Positions 1 through 15,240 of a stretch of 64,000 nucleotides of DNA are shown in pieces. The notes below the pieces were generated by a model. It had not been told where the DNA came from and did not search any database. It saw only the letters and a program-made list of their open reading frames with translations. Position numbers and translations under genes: made by a program. Origin of the DNA: the human T2T-CHM13v2.0 reference genome, Homo sapiens; assembly GCF_009914755.1 (NCBI RefSeq), contig NC_060935.1, one strand, 5' to 3'. Position 1 is the stretch's first letter, and every line of letters starts with the position of its first letter.

Positions 1-365
1 AAATCTTGAAATATAATTTAAAATTCAGTATGAATCCAGTTTACATGATGAAAAATTTAATATGGGCAAACTTACACTAAAGATGAAAGTGACCTCATGA
101 TCTTCGATATTAGTTGACATTTGGAAAAATATTTTATTACATAAATATAAAGACAAAACACTTTGGTTACTTAATTTTACACATACCAATGTAAAAGAAT
201 GAAGACAGAGAGAGGAGAGAAAACAACTAGTACAATAAGACAGAATAGTAAAATGGATATATGATAGCAGAAGTTAAATACACTGGTATAGTTCAAACAT
301 GAAACATGTTTCATTGTATGGAAAAAGAGCATTATGTATATAATGTGCAAAATTATCATCATTAA

Positions 366-707
<342 letters not shown>

Positions 708-1091
708 TAATAGTAGCTACCATTTTACATTTAGGAACCTTATATTTAGAATCCAGATTGTAAATGTCTAAGTAATTTTTGTGTAAAAAAGAAAAGACTT
801 AGCTACTTAATTGTCAGACTATATGCTATGGTTATTATTTTAAATTTCTAAAGTAATATGTTGTCCATCATGGGATTCAGGTGTTTTGTTAATATGCACT
901 TGTTGATAAAATGTGTAGTGCATAGCAGAATGCCTAGGGACACATTCCACTTTATTGATTGACTCGATTATGATGGTGCAGACAATAAATCTTTCACAAT
1001 AAGGAATATTTATTGTTTCATCTACAGACAGCAAAACCAAAGGATTAACAGCATTAGAATCAGATTCATGGCCATTGTAAAAAAGAGGGTA

Positions 1092-1418
<327 letters not shown>

Positions 1419-2751
1419 CTAAAAATTATTTCTCTGAACTTCATTTCAATCTTTACTATATTCTATTTGATAAAACATTGTATCCTAATATGAGACCAAT
1501 ATATTTCAAATAAATTAGAATATTACCCAGATTCATTGAATAGATGAGGCATATTTTATCAAATAATTTTAAAATTCATAATTTGCTTTGTCAAAACACA
1601 AGGATACTTGTTAAATATCTGAATAATAAACTAAAATGTGCAGATAGATAATATACAGTAATACAAATAATTTCCTACTACTTATTTTTTTCCCTCTTAG
1701 TGGGATTTTGCTACTCAAATGTACCCAACAACGATGAGATATCATTAATTAGGAAATTAAAAAATAAAATAAAATTTGTTCTCTGTTTAGAAACATAGTG
1801 TAGTTACACAAAGATTGCTGTAAACATCTCTAGCATTGTCGTTCACAAGGTCATGATGGTATATACATAGATTAATGAAAAGAAATAATGATTAAAAGGA
1901 TATAAAGATGCTTTGTGACTCTCAACTAGAGAACACATCAAAAAACAATAATAAACCTTTAAAAAAGAAAATAATAGAATAGAGATATGGAGGGTGGCAG
2001 GAAAGTAAGAACTTGAGAAGTTAGGTAAAAAGGAATATAGGAGAGAAACAGAAAGAAACTTTCCCTGCTTATAATGACAATGGCAGATACATGACAATCA
2101 AAATTTCAAATACCATGAAATTCATAGCATGTATGAAAATGATACTGTATCTTATCCTACAATAAAACTAGAGCACCTAGTCATGTTTCAGTTCAATAAA
2201 ATATGTCCTGAGAATGCAAATACTATGTTTATCAGATTCTTTTTTCTATAACAGGCTCAGAAGTTGAAAATGTACATAGGCCCATCAAAATATCAGTAAA
2301 GTTCAGATTAAAACCATTCAATGCATTATGGGAAATTAACATGTTTTAGATACATTCCAAGCTGTGATGTCATTAGGAATATATTTTTTCATTTACCACT
2401 TAGTGTGTCCTTCAGGAAAAGAATAGAGAGGTCAAGATAATTTTGTAGAAGACCCAGAACCCAGAATGCTCTCACAGAATTAAACTAGTCACATGCTTTT
2501 ACTTGATTTCTCTTTTGACTAATAATGCATGCCTGGCTATGAACATATTGTACATTATGTAAACAAGAAGGAGGATTTTTGTGAAAATTAAACTACTACT
2601 TCATCAAAATTGGCAAACAAATAAGGTTTTATTAAATCTTGCTGGAAAAGCCTGACCCAAGTACATCTAAAATGGGTATGTCTGTAAGAGAAAGAAGGAG
2701 ACATAGGGAGAGAGAATAAGGAATACTCACTATAGAAAGTTACACTTTTGC

Positions 2752-3106
<355 letters not shown>

Positions 3107-3126
3107 TTATGTGGCAACTATAAAGC

Positions 3127-3470
3127 TGTGTCAGTCAGGGCTAAATCAAGGAAAGAAAACTACTATCATTATTACGGAATGGGGGATTTATTGTAGAAGT
3201 AAGAGGTTACACAATTATTGAAAAACCTGCAGAAAGAAGGGTCTGAAAGAGGAAGCTGGAGCATCCAAAAAAAAGTCGTTAAATAACTTTCCCTGAGCAC
3301 TGTCAAAAGCGGTCAGCTAATCCCCAGGTGCCATTGTGGATCTCAATGGACAGTGGATGACGATGCTCATGGACAGCCATGGCCTCTCTACCTGGAGTTA
3401 TCCAAACATTTTCATCTAGAAAACGAGTGTTGGGGGTATTTATTTCTAGCTTAGCCAAGTTAACACTACC
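3127..3470 (-). mobile_element. Degenerate ERVL/MaLR-class LTR relic, family uncertain
   Basis: Begins tgtgtcagtcagggct and ends ...tagccaagttaacac, resembling reverse-complemented ERVL LTR termini. Confidence 0.4.
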
Positions 3471-5042
3471 GAACCACTATACCAAACAAAATGGCACATC
3501 ATAATTTGTTTCCGAATTCTTCACTTGCTCCCAGTCTTCTTTCTTTCTTTATATTAAAAAATTAATTGATTAATCATTTTCTAAATATCCGTCACTATGC
3601 TGGATGCTGTGGCACAATGATAAGCCACATACAGATAGATAGATCTTGACATCAGGTAGCTTAGAGTCGAGGTTCACACTTAATTATTTGAGTCTCCAGA
3701 GTGGGTTGCATTGCATGGGACATGACAACCAAGATCATAGAGACTAGGATCACGAGCTCAAACACCGTGAGGGCCTAAGCATGTAACTGAAATATGGCAA
3801 AAGTCTAGCTATAACACAGTAGAAAGTATCAGGGGCAGAAGTGGGAGTATAGAAACTCGAGTGCCTAACGTAAAAGACTTCCCTAAGACTTCCAAGTGTA
3901 AAACCACGTTTCTAAAATCTACAACAGTATGATTTCTAAAATCAAAACAGAATGTTTTGTCTCTTATATGCTAAAGATAAAGATTGGAGCAAAAAATCAG
4001 CAAATCAATATGATTTCTTTGAATAGCATGCTTAAAATTATCCATGGCAAGAGTTAAAAAGTTTTGCAAAGTTTAAGTTGTGGCACTATACCTGTGACTG
4101 TTACAAGCCCATCACGTGAGTATTTCTACAAACCTCTGACAATAATAGGATGGGAAGCCTTCCTTGTGGCCTTAAAAAATATATTTGATCACAAGTAGAA
4201 TCAATTTAGCAAATTAAAGGTGAGAAGGTACAACACACTTACTTTTATTAACCTTATTTGACTTAAGGAAGCCTTCACTATCCGCATTACCAAAAACAGT
4301 GTTTTCTTTGCCATGTGTTGAAGCATAAAATTGGGATGCAAATCTCTTTGCTTTCACTTTTACATTTACTTTTCCTGCTGCCTAGTAATCAGATCCTTCC
4401 AAGGTGTATATTTTAAACCCATAGGCCAGCTGATGGAAACAAAAATAATTTCAAAAACTTGGTACATGGATTTGCACTTTGCTATTAAATCTCTGACAGT
4501 TATCCTGGGCCCTTAGAATAATAACCAAAGGGAAAGAATTTTAAAAAGTTCTGGCTTTTTGTTTACTGTGAGAGGTTACTGAGGTGGAAAAAGCTATTAG
4601 GATCCAAACAGGGAGGTCTAATGACTCTTACTTATTCTATGAGGCCTTGACTAGATCTGATTCATATTCTAGTGGATTGGCCTTTTGTGGCCTGCTGAAA
4701 AGCCATGAAATCTCTGACAGCAAGAATGACTGCATCACAAATGAGCCTTTCTCTCATTTCCAACTCTGCTGTCCCCTGAGACTGACTTTATTATAAGAAC
4801 ATCAAATGCACTAGCTTCAGGTATTCAAGTCTTCTTGATTCCATGGTGCATGCCTTGACTACTACCTTCCTTCTACTTTGAGTTTCAAAGGGCATTATCT
4901 GAGTATCTGTCTTTGGTCATCACTCCTTATTCTTTTTCTCACACTTATAGGCATGAGAAATAACACAGGCTTTATTCAGTGTTTGGGAAGGAAACCTTGA
5001 TACTGATGTAGTTTGTTCATCAGAATCCTAAACAATTTTCTG

Positions 5043-5044
<2 letters not shown>

Positions 5045-5085
<41 letters not shown>
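5045..5085. repeat. (CA)n microsatellite, about 20 units
   Basis: Direct reading. Confidence 0.98.
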
Positions 5086-5087
<2 letters not shown>

Positions 5088-5914
5088 GAGGGTACCCTGA
5101 AGAGCTGAGTTTAATTTACAGTTACAAATTAAATTAAGCTTAGGCTCTTCTACCTAGCTGTCTCTTCTTTTTTGAGATAGCATTCTTTAAATCAGTTTGG
5201 TTTGAGCTAAATATTTTTCTTATTATAAGTTTCAGGAAGTGATCAATTTTGTTATTATTTAGAAATGATATTTATAGATATCTATTCTAATTAGTTTATG
5301 TATACAAACACACAAAAAAGAAAATGTATAAAATCCCACCTATAATAACTGACATTTGGTGAACAATATCCTAGCCACTTCTGCATGCCTATATACACAT
5401 ATACAGAAAAGGTAGCAGGAGATATATATATATATTTTAAAATAACACTTTGGTTTTAGTTTTACATAAATTTTACCAAACAAGAAGGAACCAAAGTGGA
5501 ACAGAAGGTACAGGCATTACTGAACTCCAGAAAAGTCATTCTTCACAAGAAGGCACGTTATTTTTTTAGGAAACTCCTCCAAAGATAAGAAAAACTATCT
5601 TGAATTATTTGAGAGATTAGATGATACCTATATTTTTCCACTCATCTATCTTTGTATTCTATTATTTTTGCATCCACTATATAATTTTTACATTTTTTAT
5701 GCAAACATTGTTTGGAAATTTGTTTAATTTTGAATTTAAATTACTGCAGTGTTTTTCTCTAGCTCTTCACCAGTTTCCCCTTTATCATCTCTTTAGTTTG
5801 AATGCATTTTCTTCATCATTGGCTACATTTTCTTATCAAGTAGTTTTCTGAAGATGAACACATGCATGCTATAATCCCCGAGGCTTGACACACTTGACAA
5901 TATTTTTTCCTATT

Positions 5915-6955
5915 TGATAGTGGCAGGAGGCAGGCATATCCTAAACAGACAGGGGTAGGTCCCTGGTGAAATCCGACCTTCAAACCAAAGATAGTTTAAA
6001 GCCTGAAAACCAGGCTATGAGTCTCAGATAAAACCATAAACTGGATCAAGAACCACTCTTCCAGTTTGGCACACTTTTCTCTGATCAATCCCCACCCTTC
6101 ACCTGTTTTACATATACATACCCTTCCCTAATTGTTTCTTTGGAATGTTGTGCCCATCTTTGAGCAGACCCTTTTTTTTAGCCTTTTGTGCATATTCACA
6201 GACCACTCAGCATGCACTCCCCCATTCTGAGCCCATAAAAGCCGCAGAATCAGCCACGCTTGAGAGAGACTGCCCGCCTTTGGGCTGGGAGGAAGACTAC
6301 CTGACTTCAGGTAAGGGGGCTGCCCAACTCGGGTCCCTCTCTCCACTGAGAGCTGTTTTGTCACTCAATAAAACTCTGTGCCTTGCTTAACCACTGGCTG
6401 TCAGCCTAGCCTCATTCTTCTTGGATGTGGGACAAGAACTTGGGACCCACTGAATGGCAAATGCAAACAGAGCTGTAACTCTGTAGCACTCCCCTCCCAC
6501 TCGCCAAGCAACGGGAGAGGGAGCTGCTGGGCGCCACATGCCCCTGTTTGTCTGGCTGTGGACAGCAGGACTAAAAGAGCTGTGAACATATTCCAGTTCA
6601 CTTGGTGTCTCTGAGTTTTCAGGAAGCACCACATCCCTCTCATCTGGACACTGGAGTCCAGCACAGGAGGCACTTGCAACACATCTGGCCCAGCCACTAG
6701 CCCTGCATGGAGCCAGTGCCTGCACTAGCACTTGGAGCAGCCAGCTAGACCCCGTGCTTGATCACTCACACACCCTCTCCCGCTGCAGGCTGGGCATAGG
6801 ATCCAGGTCGGAGGGCAAGCCAAATGCAGCTTGCAGGGCTGAGTGGGTGGGCTACCTCCTGCAGCAAGCCTGGGTCCGAGCAAGACTCGGGCAGTGCATC
6901 ACTGGCTACCGAGGACTCTGGCTGGTGAAGTGACACCAAAATAAATCCTGTGTCA
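5915..6955 (+). mobile_element. ERV1 solo LTR, LTR28/LTR27/MER52-like
   Basis: TG..CA termini (tgatagtggcaggaggcag...aaatcctgtgtca); internal cccataaaa TATA-like box and caataaaa poly(A) signal; 4-bp TSD TATT at 5911-5914 and 6956-6959. Confidence 0.88.
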
Positions 6956-7004
6956 TATTGCCCTTAGAGAGTAGAGCCAGTTTGGCTGTCCATAAAATTA
7001 TTTG

Positions 7005-7512
7005 TGTGATGGATAATATTATGTGCCAACTTCAGTGAGCTATTTGATGCCCAGAGAGCTGGTAAAACATTGTGTCTGGATGTGTCTGTGGAGGTGTTTC
7101 TGGAAGAGATTAGCATTTGATCAGTAAACTGAGTAAAGAAGATTATCGTTAGCAATGGGGGTGAACATTATCCAATCTATTCAGGGGCTGAATAAACAAA
7201 AAGGTGAAAGAAGAATAAATTTGGTCTTTGCTTGAGGTGGGACATCCATCTTCTCTGGCCATTGAACATTGGTGCTCCTGGTTCTCAAGCCTTTGGACTT
7301 GGACTCAGTCTTACACCATTGCTTCTCTTCTGTCTCAGGCTTTCAGGTTTGAACTAAAACTATACCACCGACTTCCTCAGGCCTCAAGCTTATAGATGGC
7401 AGATCACAGGACTTCTCAGCCTTCTTAATTACATTAGCCAATTTCTAAAAATAAACGTCTTCCTATATACATCCTATTGGTTCTGTTTCTCTGGAGGACC
7501 CTGATTCACACA
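7005..7512 (+). mobile_element. MLT2 (ERVL) solo LTR, MLT2D-like
   Basis: tgtgatggataatattatgtgccaactt start; gtttctggaagagattagcatttga core; end ttggttctgtttctctggaggaccctga. Confidence 0.88.
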
Positions 7513-7681
7513 CTTGGGTTACACTCTCTTTCTCTCGGAATTGTATCTATTCTTTTATCTTCTGCACTCCAGAGAAGAAGAACAACCACCTGCATCTATG
7601 CTGTTCAAAAAAATTCATAAATTTTTTTCTTGTATATTCTTATGTTATTTTTTCTTCAGCTTTATTAATTTAACTGAGATA

Positions 7682-8312
<631 letters not shown>

Positions 8313-9719
8313 CGAGATATATCTCATGTGGTTGTTTCTATCAATTTCTCCCAGGACACAATGATTATTTTCAGCTTAAGATGTAGGTCTTTGTGTTAGA
8401 AAAGCTTTATTTTTTACTAGTTTTTTTTTCTCTTCTATTTATTTTTTCCATCTTTGTGGGGAACAATATTTATGTTGATGAATAGTCTCTTGTAATGATC
8501 AGGTAGCACCCTTATCTAGCATATATCTGTGTTCCTTTCAATTTCATGTATATGTTGCTACATATATATATATACACACACATTTATAAAAGAAACATAA
8601 CTTTGTTATTTCTTTTTATTTTTCTTACTTTTACTATGGCTTTCATTCTTATCGCAGTTTTGTGTATCATTCTATTGTTCTCTGAGTTTTGATACCACAC
8701 TTTTCATCTTCTTTTCTTTCATTCTTTTCTTGAATGTTGATAATGTTTTAGCTCTTTTTAAAGATAGCTCATGTTGTCTGCAATTTTTGAGACTATGGAT
8801 AATATTGTGATTGTGCCTTTCACTTGTCTTTTTCTTATGTTCATTTTCTCATTGAAAAATGTTTATGTTTTTGCAGATTTTATTCATGGGACTCATGAGT
8901 TCCTTAATATTTGTTAATATTCATAAAAGGGACCAGCTGCTTGCTGAGGAATAATACAGGGAGTAAAGATACTGCGTCAGAAACCTTTACTTGGATTTGT
9001 TGTCTCAAACACCCTCTCACACAATATGTTATTTTCTTCACACCACAGAAAAGAGCATATTCCTCTTTAGTGTTTCCTTTTAAGAGGTCAGTGTCATGGC
9101 AAAGCCCTCCATGTTTCAGAAGCTATAGATTTCAATGTGGTTCTCATGGACTCTTCTTTTTTTTTTCCACTCTAACTCCTATAGTAATCTTCGGCTAGGA
9201 CATTCAGTTATATAGACAATAGAATTGTCTTGTTGGAACATTTTCACTGTCATCTCACCTCTCACCTGACATTCTGTGGTACTGAACTTTGTCTCTATGG
9301 GGACATTTCCCATCTTCCTAGTGGCTTCTTCACAGCCTTAGATTGCCTGCTTTAAATCAAAGCATCATTGAATGTTCCTTTCAGGACAGTGACACTTACT
9401 TTGCAGGAAATCTGTATGCTGCCGGCCATGCAAGACACCATGTGTAAGCTCTCAGCATGCTCCCCTGTCACAGACATTACAGTATTTGCCAGAGGTACGT
9501 CAAGGTTACTGGCTTAGAGCTATGGGAGTTCCGTTGCTTTGTAAAGTCCTGTGTATCTCTCAAAGTTTTACTTACTTACTTTTTACTGTGGTGTTCAAAA
9601 GAAACACTGGAGTAAAAAAGACCTCACTTGATGATTATTAATGAGAAATTATTCTAAATATTTTCAAACAATAATATAACTCAAATATATATAAAACTGT
9701 GAAAGAAAGGCCTCTCATT

Positions 9720-10616
9720 TGTAAATTAAAAATAAAATTTTAAGTCCCTCAAATGACTGATGGACCCCCACCCCAGCCAAGAGCATTCCAAAGTAAACCT
9801 GAAATGCTAGTTCAGGCCATGATGGGAAGCAGGGATTAGATATGCCTCATTATACCCTCCTCTCTTTAGAATTCAGGCATAACATTCCAGCATCAACATT
9901 AAAACAGATCTTAAGGCTGACAAAACAGAGTTTTTGTAGTAGTAAGACACCAAATTCCAACCTGACTTTAGTATAGCATCACATGACAGATAGCAGGGCC
10001 TGAGATAAATTGAAGTATCTTACCCTAAAATATATTTATTTGACATATTTGAAATGACCCTGCAAAGCTGTCTCTTCCTGAGAAAATCCACATTATGTAG
10101 AGAATCCCCTTCCCTTTTCAGGTCTTTTCCCTGATCCAGGAGAGAATTAACTAAAAGCCTGGCACCTTTTTAAGTTCAACAGGAAGCATTTATAATCTAT
10201 TCTCTCTGAAGCCTGCTACTTGGAGGCTTCATGTCCATAATAAGAACCTTGTTCTCCAAATCCCTTATCTTAACCCAGACATTCCCTTCTATTGATTCCA
10301 GGTCTTTATATAATAAGTCTTTCAACCAATTGCCAATCAGAAAATCTTTGAATCCACCTATGACCTCGAAGTCCCCTGCCCCACCATAGCCTTGCTTCAA
10401 GTTGTCCCACCTTTCTGGACCAAACCAATGTACATTTTACAAGTATTGATTGATGTCTTATGTCTCCCTAAAATGTATAAAACCAAGCTGTAGCCTGACC
10501 ACCTGGGGCACACGTTCTCAGGACCCCTGCTGGTGTGGCACAGGTCATTTTTCCTCATATTTGACTCTAAATAAATCTCTTCAAATATTTTACAGAGTTT
10601 CACTCTTCTGTTGACA
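9720..10616 (+). mobile_element. ERV1 solo LTR, MER4 family (MER4D/E-like), inserted into an L2 tail
   Basis: tgtaaattaaaaataaaatt start; ctagttcaggccatgatggg and cctaaaatgtataaaaccaagctgt motifs; end aataaatctcttcaaatattttacagagttt...ttgaca; near-TSD catt/aatt; an L2-like tail continues at 10617-10660. Confidence 0.88.
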
Positions 10617-11129
10617 AATTCAATACGCATTTACTGGAGACCTACTGTGTTTTAGCCACTGGAGAGACAAAAACATATTAAGAAATGAAATAAAAGGAGA
10701 GGCAGAGTTTGCAAAAGGCCAAGAAGGTCAGTTGATAGGGACAGTTGCTCTGGAAAAGGCAGACGAGTTGTAGAAAAGAGATGAATACAATGGTACCTAC
10801 TGATAAACATAGTAATGTCTCTATTTCTTTCTATATTAAAGCCTATATTACCATATATGTCTCCAGTGGACGTTTTGCTTGATAGGGCCCACCTAACATG
10901 ATGGTTTAAAGCTCCTGAAGTCAGGAGACAACAGCCTGGACAATATGAGAAGAAGAGATAATGACCTTTCATCTGAGGCTGTTCTGAAGAAAAATTATTA
11001 GCCTTTTCCAAACTTTAGCACAAAGAGGAGTCCAGGGTAAACGTGGAGGCCAATTATGAGCAATTACTGCTTTGAGTTTTATATGCCATAAGAGAATATA
11101 GAGTAATTGCAAAAAATAATTTTAAAAAA

Positions 11130-11365
11130 TTAACACTTATCAAGTACTTCTACTATGTATAGTCTTGTCCTAAGCACCTTACTCATGTAATATTCACATC
11201 AGTCTTGTGGGCTCAACACACTATGGCCATTGTTTTACAAATGAGGAAACTGAGACACGAGAGCTTAATTAACTGTACTAATGGTACAGAATGAAAAACT
11301 GACAGTTGAGATTTAATCTCCATTCTGAATAATTCCACAGCCTTTCCATATTAGTCACCATGCTC
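11130..11365 (-). mobile_element. MIR
   Basis: Reverse-complemented core ttttacaaatgaggaaactgagacac. Confidence 0.8.
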
Positions 11366-12360
11366 AGCAATGTCATGAAAGTTTTTCATGGTTTAGAGCA
11401 ATCATTGTTTAAGCCCATCCAGTTCCCTGTGTTGTGGGTACATGCATCTCGGAGGAATTGTAAACTGCCATGTAAGTGACTCATTCTCAACCCTGCCCAA
11501 AAAATAGCCAGAAAGGAAACAGTTGCAGTATTTATATTGGGTAGAGTTTGTGGTTTGTTGATTGCTCCCACGCTCTGTTCTCATTTCTGTGCTTTAGACT
11601 GTGTCATACACTACCTGTGCAGGTAGTTGTATGACAATGTTGTACCTTGTGTCAACATTAATATTTTTACACTATTTTCCCTGGAATTGTATCATAAGCC
11701 ATACTCTTCTCAGGTAGAAAAAGTGATAATTTCAGTTACCTAATCTTTTACTCAAAAGTAATCACATACAGTCAAAATGATTTGCTTTTTCGAATACTGG
11801 GGTTTGGGGGGATGAAAGGAAATATTGGTAGGCTACAAATATAGGAAAATATAATTATAGCAGTGTGCAAAAGGCAGGAGTTAGTTATTTATGAGAGGGA
11901 GGGAAAACAAACCCAAAATTATTTTGTTTGGAAGAAAAATATTTTGACAGAACAGATTAGGAGGTAGAACTTTGTCTTTCACTGTATGGGGAAAACCTCA
12001 TCTTTTGGGTAATGAAAGAATATTTGTTAAAGAGTTAGTGGATAGATTATTGCTATTAATAATAACAGTCAATCCTGAAAGAGAAGAGTGCAGGTTGCAT
12101 ATAAGATATATAAACACACATACAGGCACACACAAGTTCATTATTCCCTACAACAATTCATGATAGAGAGTGCTTCTTTCTTCATTTATAAATTTCTCAC
12201 TGTTTTTATGACCACTAATATAAAATCAGGAAATAAAAGTGTAAAAATTTTATGTAATTTGCTGAAGATCTTATACCTATCTGTAGCACAAGAAATCAAA
12301 CCCAAGCAGCATCAGCATAATTTCAGAATCCAGGTATTGAAATATGATATTATGTGACTT

Positions 12361-12658
12361 CTTTTTTCTTTTTTTTTTTTCAGAGAAGGGTCTCATTCTA
12401 TCACTAGAACGGTGTAGTTGTGTAATCATAGCTCACTGCAGCCTTGAACTCCTGGCTGCAAGCAGTCCTTGTGCCTCAGCTTCCCAAGTAGCTGGGACTA
12501 CAGCCACCCTGCCCAATTAATTTTTGTTTTAAGTGCTTTGTAGAGTTGGGGGTCTCACTATGTTGCCAAGGCTGCTCTTAAACTCCTGGCTCAAGTAATC
12601 CTCCTGCCTTAACTTCCTAAAATACTGTGATTACAGGAATGAGCCATTGCACCCAGCC
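12361..12658 (-). mobile_element. AluJ
   Basis: J-type segments agggtctc, atcatagctcactgcagccttgaactcctgg and ctcactatgttgccaaggctg; TSD gtgactt. Confidence 0.92.
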
Positions 12659-12697
12659 AGTGACTTATAATATTTCAATATATACAGGTTAATCATT

Positions 12698-13499
12698 GTA
12701 GTAGCCACTCTCCAAAATGGCTTTCAACCCCAGCTCCTCTCCAGGCTCTCAGGCCTTCATCTACTGACTGAGAGTAATACCACTGGCTTCCTAAAATCTT
12801 CTTGATTGAACTGAGTCATGCTATCAGCTTCCCTAGTTCTCCAGCTTGCAGGTAGCCCATTATGGGATGTTTCAGCCTCCATAATTGCATAAGCCAATTC
12901 CCCCAGTGAATTCCCTTTCATCCATCCATCCATCTGTCTATTTACTTATCTATCTTCATCATCATCATCATGATCTATCTATCTTTATTTCTATCTATCC
13001 ATCTTTATTTCTATCTATCCATCTATCATCTATCTTCTATTGGTTTTGTCTTCCTGGAGAACCCTGACTAATATAACGATAGATTATGGTAGCACTGAGG
13101 GTATGTTACTTCCCAGGTCGACAAAATCACAGAAATATTTCAGTTTCTGCCTTGGTATCTTGGATTAATTGCTATGAGAGAGGCCAGTTGACATGTTGTG
13201 AAGATACTCAATTAAGCCTGAGAGGGGTGCCACATGAAGAGGAAACAACTTGTAATACTAACTTGACAATCTTTTGGTGAGGTACCTTGGGGATGGATCC
13301 TCCAACTTCAAACCATCAGATGCCTGCAGCTCCAGCTGAGATCTGACGCCAACCTCATGAAAATCCTAGAATCAGAACTGTCAAACCAAACTGCTCCTGA
13401 ATTCCTGAAATGGTAAAAGATAATAAGAGCAACTGTGATTATTATTTTAAGCCACACATTTTGAAATAATATGTTAACTAGAAGTAGATAATTAACACA
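12698..13499 (+). mobile_element. MLT1 (F/G/H-like) MaLR LTR interrupted by an MLT2B fragment
   Basis: tgtagtagccactctccaaaatggc start; 3' part with cagatgcctgcagctccagctga...ttttaagccac...tagataattaacaca. Confidence 0.7.
12731..13075 (+). mobile_element. MLT2B 3' fragment with internal (CCAT)n/(CTAT)n simple repeat
   Basis: gttctccagcttgcag, cagcctccataattgcataagccaattcc, end ctattggttttgtcttcctggagaaccctgactaata. Confidence 0.85.
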
Positions 13500-14159
13500 A
13501 TCATAAATTTATTATGTATTCATTAAAAATGATTTTGTTGACAATAAATGTATATTAAAATTTTCTTCAATTATTTTACATTTTCCCCACTGCCTATGAT
13601 TTCAGACTTTGAAACAATTAGAACATGCTTATAAAAGAAAATAAAACAAACTAGAATAAAGTTTCCATCATCAAGAGTATAATTGAATTTTTTTGGAATC
13701 TCAAGATTACTAAAATTTTAATGTCAAGAGTTTGTTTGTTTGTTTGTTTAAGCTCACTTTATGAAGAGCAAATGAGCAGTCAGTCAACATTACCATGTGT
13801 TGACCAAACCAGTGGGAATGGTACTGTTTGATTTTTTTGTGTTACAGAAACACAAAATAAAAATAACAGCAGGAGTGACCTCTGCACTCTAAATTGAAGA
13901 AGTTCACGTTTCCATCCCCTGATGTGTTTCCTTTGCGTGTCACCCTTGCCCCTCCAATAGGACTTTGAACACACTATTGCTAGTATTTTCTTATATCAGC
14001 TCCTAAGTTTGGTGACTGTATTATTTTCTTCTAGAAACATAGTAGAAACTTACCTGAAATACAGTAGAAAATCAATAAATTTTATTGAAACAATGAGTAA
14101 ATAAATGAATAAACAAAGGAAATGCTTCTTCATAAAAATATTAAAAATAAAATTAAGTC

Positions 14160-14965
14160 TCTATGGCAGATTGCATTTTCCTATAAAATAGCTTCAGTGA
14201 TATTACATATCTCATTTGCTCTTCTATCGTTGTGCCCTGCCCCTCACAAGAGGCAGAGTCTCTTCCCCTTAGACCAGGACAGATCTTTGTGATTGCCTTG
14301 TCTAACAGATTATGGTGAATGTTATGTGAGTTCTGAAGTTGTGTCATAAAAAGAATTTATGGCATTTTTCCTTTTTTTGGAAAATTCATCCTTGGTATCC
14401 AGCCACCATACTGTGAGAAAGCTAAGGCCACGTAGAAAGATCATATATAAATGTTCTGGCCAATAGCCCCACTAAGATTTCAGAGAACAACCAGCATTAA
14501 CTGCCAGATATTGGAATGAGAAAGCTTTGAAATGACACCAATCCCAGCTGTTTGATGACTGCAACTGCATGAGAAATCCTGAGAAGAAACCACTTAGTTG
14601 AGCCCAGTTAACCTCCCAAAATTACAATAATATGAGACAGGCTAAAATGATCTCATTCTCTGATATGTTTTTTGCAGATAACATTTTCCTTTCCAATAAG
14701 ACTTTGAATAATTATTGCTATTATTTTGTTATATAAGCAGCTAAAGTCTGTCTTATTCTTCTATGGGGCTAACATGGCAACTGGATTATAATAAAAATTT
14801 AATAACTAATTGATGACTAAATAAGAAATGACTATATGAATAATAAAAATGAATGTTTCTTTGTATAAATACTAACAAAAAAGGTTTTTGGTAGGTTATA
14901 TTTTCCAAAATATGGTTATAATAAGTTTGGGATAATTTGTTATGCAGAAATAAATAACTGGAATA
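14160..14965 (+). mobile_element. MLT1 (G/H-like) MaLR LTR carrying an unassigned ~290-bp insert
   Basis: gaggcagagtctcttcccctt, cagccaccatactgtgagaaagc, gactgcaactgcatgaga, end gtttgggataatttgttatgcagaaataaataactggaata. Confidence 0.75.
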
Positions 14966-15240
14966 TCCTTCTTTTAGTCCCAATGTACAGCCTCTCTTGA
15001 ATCTCTTTTTAACATTTGTATTGCTATTACTATGAGATCATTGAAGAAAAAGACAGCAAAAATCAATCCCAGAATATTGCAGTTTACTTCCTGACATTGC
15101 CACTTTTTAGTTATGAAAATTTGGACTTTATTTAACCTCTGAAAGTCATTATGTCATGATTTGAAAAACTTAAAAATATATATTAATTGAACTACTCTTT
15201 ACTCCAGAATATTCTGTGTACTTCAAGACAAGGTTTATTT

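Noticed and set aside
6128-6731. GC-richer cluster of overlapping ORFs, also at 22341-22978
   Set aside because: They lie within or run almost entirely through the LTRs; higher GC lowers stop-codon frequency
11620-11636. aggtagttgtatga resembles let-7/miR-196 family sequence
   Set aside because: It lacks the mature let-7 sequence (TGAGGTAGTAGGTTG), and the 35-nt hairpin with a 2-nt loop is not pre-miRNA geometry
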